The position numbers and the translations under genes are program-made. Positions 1 through 10,498 of a stretch of 64,000 nt of DNA are shown one piece after another; within the stretch, counting starts at the first letter, position 1; each line of letters opens with the position of its first letter. Below the pieces are notes generated by a model. The model was not told the DNA's origin. It searched no databases and saw nothing but the letters and a program-made list of their open reading frames with translations. Source of the stretch: the human T2T-CHM13v2.0 reference genome, Homo sapiens; assembly GCF_009914755.1 (NCBI RefSeq), contig NC_060934.1, one strand, 5' to 3'.

Positions 1-1104
1 ACAGGTACTTACATATTTACCCGGCATAATCTCCAGGATTCCACCCACAACCTAACAGATCCTAACTCTCTGGCAGAGTGAGAAAATCTGCTAATATCTA
101 ACAGAAGTCTAAATGAACCCTTTCAGATACATGCAGCTTGTTACATATTCAGAAAGTTAAGTTCTCTGAAACTTTTACCAGTTACAAGATGTTTCAGCTT
201 ATCACACTAGCAGCATAGTTAAGGGCAAACCAGAGCAGCTACAGAATATTAATGAATATGTTTTCAGACAGAACACTATACTACTCACCGCTGTAAGCCA
301 TAACTTACTTATCAAGAAGCCAAACAATAAAAGCATTACAATCAGTGGCAAGCACGCTTAGGAAAACTGGCACCATGTTAAGTTGTTTGACCACTTTTCA
401 TTATTATAATATGACCAGATGTCCCCAGTGTCACTCCCAGAGTTAGGAAGAACACCAATGTAGAGCTACATTTTCATTCGTGATGGTAATTCGGGGCTGA
501 TTTAAATTAAATTATACTGACCAGAAAGCTGCCTAATTGTTAAAATTACTAAATCCAGTGACTTTCAGAATTGCTGATTCCATGCTTCTCATGTGCAGAA
601 TGTTGAGGGTATTAAAAAATAACTTTAATATAGAACTTTACATTAAGAAAATCACAAACACTTAAAATTGTAGGTTTAGGTCTGAAGTCAACACAGACGA
701 GTTAAACAATCTATTTGCTTCCTGTTTACAGAATTAAAGTATTAACCACATTCTTTGTCCTTTTAACTAGCATTCTAATAACATCTTCCACCTTCATACT
801 CAATTTTGGGATAAGTAAAATGACTTTCTCCCCAAATGCCTGTAATGAAAATACCAATGTTTTTTATTTAACACTTCACCATCTTCAGTCACTTATATAA
901 TATTGATCAATGAGTCAACATTATTTAAAAATATGAGAATTATAGTGAGACTCTAAGTCCTAACCCCTCTGGGCCTTGATGTCCACAAATGAACAGGTAA
1001 CTGCCAACTGAAGTTCCTTAATCATTTCTAAAATTGGTCTACTGTATAACCTATCGTAAAGGACGTATGTGGTTTAAGAAAGATGTCTAATCTAAATTCC
1101 TCTA

Positions 1105-1457
<353 letters not shown>

Positions 1458-1669
1458 AACCTAGTAATTCTACCCACCTAAGTTAACCATGTGGCATGTT
1501 GGCCCAAAGAAACCTTACCAATGATGTTACCAATTATCTTCCGAGATATTTTTAACATCTTTTTACTATAAAAGAAGGGCTGAAAAGGAGTCAATACTCA
1601 TTGAGCATCTACTCTCAAGCTAAGTTTTTTACATTTTGCATTTGATTTTCAGAACTATAGTTAGGAAGG

Positions 1670-2000
1670 TTACTTGTGGTTTAAACGCGGACTCTGGAAC
1701 TAGACCCCATGCCTTCTCCAGGAGCTCCTGATGACCACAGGCAACTTACTTTTGCTCCCTGTGCCTCAGTTTCTTCACTCGGAAAATGGGAATCGAAACA
1801 GTACCAATCTCATTAGAGCGGTTCCAGAATTAAATAATACATGTAAAATGCCTAGAGCTAAACTTGGCCCTCACTGTCATTATTATAAAAATGAATTATT
1901 AATGTAGATATTACTGTTCCTATTTCACAGATGAGGAAACGGAAGCTTAGAGAATGCAACTTACTAATGATCATACCAATGAGTGCAAAGTTTTGGACTC
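1670..2000. mobile_element. Two MIR fragments in opposite orientations
   Basis: MIR core motifs CTGTGCCTCAGTTTCTTCA and ACAGATGAGGAAACGGAAGC. Confidence 0.75.
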
Positions 2001-2497
2001 AAAAGCACGAATTTGATTAAATAAAAGTTACTTAGAGAGTAGGAGTCTCATAAATCCAATTTATGAAGCCTAAGAAATGACACGCGGTAAAATGATACTA
2101 GACACAGGCCGGGCTCTCAGGCTCGCGGACCGGGTCTGAGCACAAGCTGGCCATGGCCATGCGTCCTGGTCCCGGGGTGCCCGGCAGGGACCGGCGACTC
2201 TTGACGTTTATAAACACGGGGAAGTGGACTGCACTGCCGCCACCGCACCCCCGGTCCCCAGCGGCTCCACTAAGCCAACTTCTACCCGGCTCCCGCCGCC
2301 CCCGCCCGCGGCGCTGGCCCCAGGGCCGCCTCCTGGCAGCCGGAGGAGACCAGTCCCCGTCGCGGGCGCCGACGGCTGGCTCGACGCTGCTCCAAGGACA
2401 GCAGCTCGCGAGGGAGCGAGAGACAAAGGCACCGGACCCGTCCAGGGGAGCGCCGAGTCCCAAACGCCGAGCCCCGGGTGGCCTCGCTGGCTCCCAC

Positions 2498-2634
2498 CTG
2501 CGCTTGCCCAGCCCGGCGGGAGACCGCAGGTGTCAGGGGCCGTTCGGGCCCGGTCCCCCGCAGCTCCGGCAGCCCCGACGTGACAGCGCCCAGGCCGGCG
2601 ACCCTCGCGTTCGGAACGCGGCTGGGCTGGCTCT
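2498..2634 (-). other. ITGB1: ITGB1 alternative non-coding first exon (second tandem promoter)
   Basis: Reverse complement AGAGCCAGCCCAGCCGCG...GGGCAAGCGCAG matches the alternative ITGB1 5'UTR as I recall it; donor CAG|GTGGGA (GT at 2497-2496). Confidence 0.85.
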
Positions 2635-2740
2635 GCGCCCGGGGGCTGCCAGCGCCGGGGACCCGAGGCGGGTGGCGGCGTGCGGACTTCCTCCTGGACT
2701 AGCCTGGAATCCTGCCCCAGCCCCCAACCGCTGGCGGCCG

Positions 2741-2770
2741 CCCCCGCCCCCGCCCCCGCCCCCACCCCCA
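2741..2770 (-). repeat. (CGGGGG/TGGGGG)5 hexamer array; Sp/KLF/EGR sites; G-quadruplex-capable
   Basis: + strand CCCCCG CCCCCG CCCCCG CCCCCA CCCCCA. Confidence 0.9.
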
Positions 2771-2883
2771 CGCCCGGCACAAAGGTCCCGGCGCGGCCCG
2801 GCCGGCGGCTTTAAGTGCTGCCGCGCACAGGAGACCGGAGGCCGCGGCCCGCGCTCCCACACCCGAGGCCCGCCGGCCCCTAC

Positions 2884-3104
2884 CTTTTCCGCGCGGCGTC
2901 CGGGGCCCGGCGCGGTGGGCTCGGGCCTGCTGTTCCGCGACTCCCGCTGGGCCTCTCCCGCGGGCTGGCGGGGCCTCCCGGGTGTCGGGCGCGGCGGGTG
3001 GCGGCGGCTCCTCCTCCTCAGGGGCGGGAGGAGGGGACTCGGCGGCCCAGAGCCGCCCCCCGGCAGGAAACCAGCCGCGGCCCCGCCTCCTCTGCGCGTC
3101 TGAT
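2884..3104 (-). other. ITGB1: ITGB1 non-coding first exon (major 5'UTR)
   Basis: Reverse complement reads ATCAGACGCGCAGAGGAGGCGGGGCC...CCGCGCGGAAAAG, which I recognise as the ITGB1 mRNA 5'UTR; followed by donor AAG|GTAGGG (GT at 2883-2882). 5' end approximate. Confidence 0.93.
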
Positions 3105-3583
3105 CCCGCTCCCGAGGCCGCCGCCGCCCTCTCCCTCCGGAAACGCATTCCTCTCCCGCCGCGTCAGCCCGGCCCGGGGCTAGGAGGAGGCGGAGGATGG
3201 GGCAGGAAGTGCGACCGGGACAAAGGAACCGGCTGCGCGGGAGCGCGCCTGAGGGAGGCCGCGGGGGGCAGGGCCGGGACTGCGTTGAGACAGTCGCCGT
3301 GCCTCAGTTTCCTCCTCTGCGAAGGGCGGGAGGAGTCGGACGCGCCCTAGAGCCCCGCGCGTTCCTGGTGTAGCCTGCTGGGCCCGTGTTCTTTAAGTTC
3401 CTCTTCCTCGGAGCCGCGCGTTCGACCCTCGCTCCCGTTTGTCCACTGATGTCCCGTTTCGAGCCCGGGAGATCCTGCATCTCGGAAGCCCCCTGAGTCC
3501 CGAGGCAAATCGGGACCGTGAGCCCCCCTACCCTGCAGGGCTCCATGGGGCCAAAAACCACGTGGTCCTTCTGGAAGGGAACT

Positions 3584-3710
3584 GGCTAAGCCAGGACTGC
3601 TTTTCTGGAGTGATAATGTGCTTGCCTGTGTCTAAGAGAAAGGTGAAGAATTGGGAAACCCATGGGTGTCACGAAGGGTGGTGAGACTGGGGAACGTTTT
3701 AGAAAACCTG
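3584..3710 (+). ncRNA. ITGB1-DT: Probable first exon of divergent lncRNA ITGB1-DT
   Basis: Strong + strand donor CTG|GTGAGT at 3711 just beyond the CpG island; a divergent lncRNA at this promoter is recalled from annotation; start is approximate. Confidence 0.6.
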
Positions 3711-4958
3711 GTGAGTTGCGTCCTGCTTTTGATAGATTTATCTGGAGGTACCTTTATGGGGAACAGGGATGAGAAGGAAAAGTTTCTTCCTAAGGAGTAC
3801 AGTTTCTGTTTCACCTCTTAAAAAAAAAAAATTTGGAGATTGGGGCTGGAAACAACGTTTGAAAGAGAAGGAAACATTCATTATGAGAATGGCTGAACGC
3901 ATGTCGATTCGATGATTGAAGTCTGTACCAGCCAAAATCATACTGAAACCCAGTAATTTAGTATATGCTACTGGCAAGCTGCTATCCTGGTAGCAGAAAA
4001 TGCTGTGGGTTCCGCTTGGTGAGCTGCAGCACCCTGTTGGGAAAAGAGCTCAAAAATTACCAGATTTATGAAATAGAAGTGTTTCTCTTGCAGGAGATTA
4101 GGGACTGGAATGCCCATTTGGCTGCTGCCAATCAATATAAGAGAAAATGAAGCGATCACATCTAAGAAAATTTGCTCATTACTTACCAGCAAAATCAAAA
4201 CTTGATTAGCCAATCTGAAGACCTCTAGGAAATGAGCACTATTTTTCCCACTTAATGGATGTTCAAGCTTAAGAGGCTAAATGATGTTCCTATATTAATA
4301 TCTCAATCGTCAAACTGCCATTAGAACTCAACATTCTTGAATTTTAAAGGTATCGGTTTTACCATTGTTCAGAATTCATCAGAATTGGCCCAGTCTCAGC
4401 ACAGAAAACTGTATAGTTCAAAAGCATAATTGGTCCGTGCCTGATTTGCACTACAATTTCCAGAATTTTTTTCCCTGTACGTGACTGGTGGAGGCACTAG
4501 CTAGTCTTTGCTACAAGAACATTATGAGATTTACATATGCACAACTCTAAACTAAATTAGTTCCTCCAGGACAATTTACTGAGCTTTTTAACACCACCGT
4601 CAAGCACTGTTGCAAGGACAGATAATAGGGGCTCAGATAATATCTGATAAATGAATAAATGGGTCCTTTTGCTCTCCCAGGACTGGGCTAGAGCACTTGA
4701 CTAAACTGATGTGTGAGGTAGCAATTTGTGTACAGAAGTCATGAGTTTTGAGGAAAAAGAAATTAAAGAAACATGTTCTCTAAAAACTGCAGTCATTGGT
4801 CAAGAATACGAGTCTACTTGTGATTTCATACAAATAATGGGTGGACAGTGAGCTATGAAATTTATGAATACTCTAAGCAAAGGTTGGTCAGCATACGTGC
4901 TAAACAGGAAATCCTGATAAGTAGGAATAGTGCAAGCCACACTGCAACTTTTATCATA

Positions 4959-5109
4959 TTAGGTTGGTGCAAGGTCTACCAGATGTGTCTTGCCTTCCCA
5001 TGTGTAAGGTCAACCAGATAGCTCTCACCTTTCCATGTCTAAGGTCAACCAGAGGGTGCTTGCCTTCCCGTGTCTAAGGTCGACCAGATGGCTGTGTGCA
5101 CCAACCTAA
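4959..5109. mobile_element. MADE1/Hsmar1-ended element with a 35-bp tandem-repeat interior
   Basis: TA|TTAGGTTGGTGCA ... TGCACCAACCTAA|TA termini; units start at 4971, 5006, 5041, 5076. Confidence 0.85.
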
Positions 5110-5344
5110 TAGAACATCATAAGTATCTTGAGTTCAAGATAAATCCATACCTTACCTACACTGTCTCCCAATTATTATCAATTGTCTTCTGCCATCTCTT
5201 AAGTCATTATTATGTCAAATAATTAAAGTCGGTGTTTCCTTTAGTTTTGTCACTGGTGATACTACTACTTGCTCTTCAAAATGTATCTTTATTCATCTAA
5301 CATTTTGCAAAGTAAAGTTTCAAAGTTGTTCAGCAAGAAAGACG

Positions 5345-5456
5345 TTATTGGATGCCCAGGTTTGTATTAGTTTGACTTATATTATTATTAATTAGCACCC
5401 CTTTTAACTCTCAAAAGTATGTCCTAGTATAGATGATAATTTATATGATCACTCTA
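5345..5456 (-). mobile_element. MER81-like hAT-Blackjack DNA transposon relic
   Basis: ATTAATTAGCACCCCCTTTTAACTCTCAAAAGT...GATGATAATTTATATGATCACTCT resembles reversed MER81. Confidence 0.6.
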
Positions 5457-6058
5457 TAAATAAGAGTGTCCAGATAATAAGGAATAAGAAGAATAATTTT
5501 AGAAATTCAAAGGGGATTCATAAGGATATATTGCAAATCAGGTTCCAGGTTTATAGGTGAAGACTAATTTCAACATTGGTGATAATAAGGGGAAAATGAG
5601 TTGCAGCGTGGGGGTGAGTATGAAGAATTAGGCAGTTGCTATGTGATGAAAATGCCCTACTAGGAGATTTTATTAAGAAAAAAATCTTATTTTTTTTCTT
5701 AATAACAGTACCCTGGCTGATAAATGGGACTTGGATTTTAAATACCATTGGATAATAAATGTATGTGATGGCTTTGGAGCAAATTGATTGACAATGGCTA
5801 GGTAAGACTTCAGCCACTTTTCTAAGGACTGTTTCTATAGACTAACCTAGATATATTTTTCTCATCCGTCACTTCCAGTTACTTTGAATGTAACTCCTTC
5901 TGTAAACATTAAAAAAGAAAAAGATGAAGGGATAGGGATGGAAGGAATAGAGGTCTCTGATAACATCCTATAATACTAACATAGAAGTGCTTCTGAATCA
6001 TAAATAACTCCATTCCTTTCCCTGAGAAACTAAAATCACTGTTTTAAAATGTGAATCT

Positions 6059-6317
6059 GCTACTCAGGAGGCTGAGGCGGGAGAAGTGCTGGAGACCAGG
6101 AGTTCGAGACCAGACTGAACAACGTAGTGAGACCACCCCCGCCCCCGACCCCCAGCCCCAACTAAAAAATAAGGACTAAAATTAGCCAGGTGTGGTGGTG
6201 CATGTGTGTAGTCCCAGCTGCTCAGGAGGCTGAGGCAGGAGGATCACTTGAGCCCAGGAGCTATGATCATGCCACCATAGTCCAGCCTGGGCAACACAGT
6301 GAGACCCATCTCTAAAA
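6059..6317 (+). mobile_element. Degenerate/partial Alu (AluJ-like)
   Basis: Alu arm motifs with internal deletions. Confidence 0.85.
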
Positions 6318-6487
6318 ATGTGAATCTGTGTGTATTGGTGTAAAGCAACCCTGGGAATTATTGACATTTTGAAAAACAAGAAGGGGTGAGACAGTCCTGC
6401 CAGTTCCTCCTTTTTCAGTCTCCATATGTATAAATAACATGCAAATAGTCATATAACGCAGAGAAACTGGAAGTGTATTGAATTTGC

Positions 6488-6525
<38 letters not shown>

Positions 6526-6650
6526 TGAGGGCTTCCATTTAGTGAGCACTCCTCAGTACTCACAGCAGAGTATTGCCAGAGGAACTGTAAAAAATTAAGT
6601 TTGCTATCAGGCAACCAGCAATTGACTAGGTATGGCATGTATCAGTGTAT

Positions 6651-6665
6651 CCACCAGGCGGTACT
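6651..6665 (+). promoter_or_regulatory. Candidate CTCF motif (forward)
   Basis: CCACCAGGCGGTACT versus core CCACCAGG(G/T)GGC(G/A)CT, 2 mismatches. Confidence 0.45.
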
Positions 6666-8609
6666 GAGGCTTCATTTCTTTGCTTATTTGAAAATAAGGT
6701 GGAAAATGGCACAACAGCCTGACCTGATTTGCAATGTGTCCCTTAGAGCTTAGGCTAGCCATTCAGTCTTTTCCTTTTCTAGGTAACTAACAGTGGCTGG
6801 ACTATGGCTTTGAATATGGGTCACAGATGAGTAAGCCTTCCTCAACTGGTTCTGCTTCCTGTTTTCCATATATAGGGGCCCCATTTTTTCCTTTTCAAGT
6901 CCACACAGCATTGCCTCCAATGGGTGTGAGCATTCCTTACCAGCATTCAGATGCTGAACATTTTTAACAGCCTACGGGAAACAGTGTTTTAGGCAGCTCT
7001 TTTCAAACACTGAGTTTCTTCAGCTGTGGAAGAGAATGTCCTTCCCAAATAAGAATTAAAAAAAATGCCCAATATAAGCAATTGAATAGCACTGGAGTTA
7101 TTTTTAGGAACCAGGGTCACTCACTACAGGAAATGATCGTGTTGCCAATGCGTTAAAGCTAGTGACTTTAAAAAATATTATTTATTTTCTCATTTAACTG
7201 CATCTCGAGGAAAGTTAGCAGTTGCAATTTTAAGTTAGGAACTTCTCAATTTCAGGCCAGATTCATTAGGGAGTAGGAAGGATACCTTTCACTTAAAAAA
7301 AGGCATTTGGGCTAAGTAAGAACACCTCCCCTGCAACTCCCTCCCGCCCTCCCGCACAACACTCAAATTAATCCCCACAACATATTATCTTAGGCAGAGT
7401 TCTTGCCTCATGCCTATGAATGGGATGTCATGAAACCCCTAAAATTCTAGACAGAATTTTACTTACACATATATATCTGCATTGTTGTGGTTTGAATGAG
7501 ATCTTAACCACAAAACATTAAGAATAACTATTTTAAGCACTTACACGATTAGTTCTTTTATAGACTACCTGCCTAAACAAATGTCATTGTGGTTGCCTTG
7601 GAACTGTGAGTCGTATATTGATTAGTTTAATCAAAAACAATATTTAAAACATCAGATAGTGCTTCCAAATATTTTCTTATGACATGATTTTCACTGCATG
7701 TTATTTAACCTGCAAGAGGTAGAACAGAAAAAGCAGAATCTTTCGTGATCAAACCGCACAACTAAAGAGTGTGCTGTTTATGTCTACTTTTCAAGGTAAG
7801 ATAAACTTCAAAGAGAAATGAACTTTTAATTTCAAATTCCAATTTACATATTAGGACTTAAATGACTTCAAATCATATCTAAAAATCACCATAACCAAAC
7901 CATTGTAAATTTTTACTTACATTGAGAATAAAAATAAATAAATGTTAAGTATATTTCCTAATAATATTTGCCATGCAGCATTTGGAAGAACAAGTCCTGT
8001 GACGCTTCTACTTTAAGATTTCTGCATTGTTGTTGGCTGATGTCATAGACTGTTCCTCTATGATCACAAGAATTCCCTATTTAGAACTGCATATGGGTGC
8101 CCGTTGGGTAACGTTTCAAGTTGAAAGAATTTTGCATTTTGTGTTATTGTACTAGAATGAAATAATCTTAATCTGAAAAGTTTTGATGGTTAAACTCTTT
8201 AATATTTTTGTATTCCTGACTATTTTCTTCATTTAGCTAAGTTTACACTGAAGTCCTTAATTACCCTTCTCCTTTTATGATAAAAATAACATCCTTCATT
8301 ATCTATAATTTTCCAGTGGCTTCCACATGCCAAAAACGTCAACTACACAATTTTTCTCTTATAGTCAGAACACTGGCTTGTGGAAATGAAGCACTTCATT
8401 CGAAATTTCACCAGTAAATGTTGTTGATGTGTGATCTCTAGCTTACAGAATAGATGGAACTGCATTCTTACATTTAAACAATTATCCTCTGATTAAATAA
8501 ATTCAAATACATCTAAGGAATAGAATAATTATCAGTTTTAAATAAAAATTAGTTAGACAAGTTTAACAAGATGCCCAATGCGTTGCAGTACATAATCCTT
8601 TTTGTGAAG

Positions 8610-8823
8610 TTTTTTTTTTTTTTTTTTTAAAGACGAATTCTTGCTCTTGTCATCCAGGCTGGAGTGTAATGGCGCGATCTTGGCTCACTCTGCCTCCCAG
8701 ATTCAAACGATTCTCCTGCCTCGGCCTCCCGAACAGCTGGGATTACAGGCGCCCACCACCATGCCTGGCTTTTTTTCGTATTTTTAGTAGAGATGGGTTT
8801 TTGCCATGTTGGCCAGGCTGGTC
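8610..8823 (-). mobile_element. Alu, 5'-truncated (AluS-like)
   Basis: Poly-T followed by reverse Alu ending within the left arm. Confidence 0.92.
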
Positions 8824-8852
8824 AACAAAGTAATTTTGATAGTATCCACATT

Positions 8853-9153
8853 TGACCGGGCGCAGTGGCTCACGCTTGTAATTCCAGCACTTTGGGAGGC
8901 TGAGGCGGATGGATCACCTGAGGTCAGGAGTTTGAGACCAGCCTGGTCAACATGGTGAAACCCTGTCTCTACTAAAAATACAAAAAATTAGTTGGCCGTG
9001 GTGACTCGTGCCAGTAGTCCCAGCTACTTAGGAGGGTGAGGCACAAGAATCGCTTGAACCTGGGAGGCGGAGGTTGCAGTGAGACAACATTGTGCCACTG
9101 CACTCCAGCCTGAGTGACACAGTGAGACTCCGTCTCAAAAAAAAAAAAAAAAA
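8853..9153 (+). mobile_element. Alu (AluS-like)
   Basis: Full dimer, A tail, TSD-like TATCCACATTT / TACCCACATTT. Confidence 0.95.
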
Positions 9154-9397
9154 AGTTACCCACATTTTATAAGCAAGGCAACTGAGACAACAGATGTTAA
9201 ATTGCATAACTGTTAAGTTACAGAACCAAGATTGGAACCCTGTCAGTCTGGCTCCAGAGTCTGGAATTTATTCTCTCCACTTTACTGTCTCTGATCTCTT
9301 GTATAATTTTGCAGAGACAGTGTCTGCCCTGTTCTAGCTCCATTGTGACTAGGCAAGCAAGTCTGTAATTCTGGTGTTTCAAGAATAAGAAGTCAAA

Positions 9398-9864
<467 letters not shown>

Positions 9865-10309
9865 TAAAGAATGAGAAGTCAATCTGTCTGCATATGTGAG
9901 CCATGATCTCCAATATCAATATTTTCAATAGTAATAAAGTGTTTTCATCTCTGTGTTACTCCTTGTCTGTCTCTTAATTGACACAGAACTGGGTGGTGTG
10001 GGAGTGCTATTAGGCCCCCTTGATCGCTCAACAACTATATGTACATACGTGGAAAGGATGATATGACATTTTCAGAGTTATATGTCATTACAAACAGGCA
10101 TGGCTAAGATTTTTCAATTGTCATTCCAAAATTTGTCAACTACCTATTTTTTGTCAGAGACCTTAAAAATTCTATCTTTCCTAAGGGCAATGGCCATATC
10201 TTACGTGTTTGTATGCCTAACACAGTGCTTTGTGTATACAATTATGTTGTTCTTCTTTGCACTTAAAATAAAATCACCACCCCTCTTCTTCTTTGACCTC
10301 ATCTAAAAA

Positions 10310-10485
10310 CATCTCCTCCTTGCCTACTATATTTTAATCACACTGACCTTCTTTCTATTCCATAACCTCATTAAATTTATTCCTATGTTGGAGTTTCTGT
10401 CCTTGCCATTTCCCCTGTCTTAAATGCACTTTACATGACTACTTCTTGTCAGTCAGATCTCAACTTGACTATTACCTCTGTAGAA
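10310..10485. mobile_element. L2 fragment
   Basis: CACACTGACCTTCTTTCTATTCC...TTGCCATTTCCCCTGTCTTAAATGCACTT resembles the L2 3' region. Confidence 0.55.
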
Positions 10486-10498
10486 CTCCTGTTACTTA

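Larger units (their letters stand above)
2095..3560. promoter_or_regulatory. ITGB1: CpG island / bidirectional TATA-poor promoter of ITGB1 and ITGB1-DT
   Basis: Abrupt switch to very GC- and CpG-rich sequence with many GC boxes and an ETS-like CCGGAA at ~3137; contains both recognised ITGB1 first exons. Confidence 0.95.

Noticed and set aside
2884-3066. Non-AUG N-terminal extension of ITGB1 (exon open in frame, CTGs at 3066 and 3021)
   Set aside because: Both CTGs have a pyrimidine at -3, and open frames are expected by chance in this composition
2098-3561. Long ORFs across the CpG island (e.g. 316 aa at 2153-3103)
   Set aside because: Pro/Arg/Gly/Ala-rich frames are open on both strands, as expected from stop-codon scarcity in GC-rich DNA; no recognisable domain; the region is ITGB1 promoter/5'UTR
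4971-5096. CRISPR-like repeat/spacer reading of the 35-bp array
   Set aside because: Variable parts are only a few bases and related to each other; eukaryotic context with no cas genes; it is a diverged minisatellite
7980-8170. Possible structured ncRNA or RFX X-box near CGTTGGGTAACG
   Set aside because: No recognisable snoRNA/miRNA features and only a partial X-box; unsupported without conservation data
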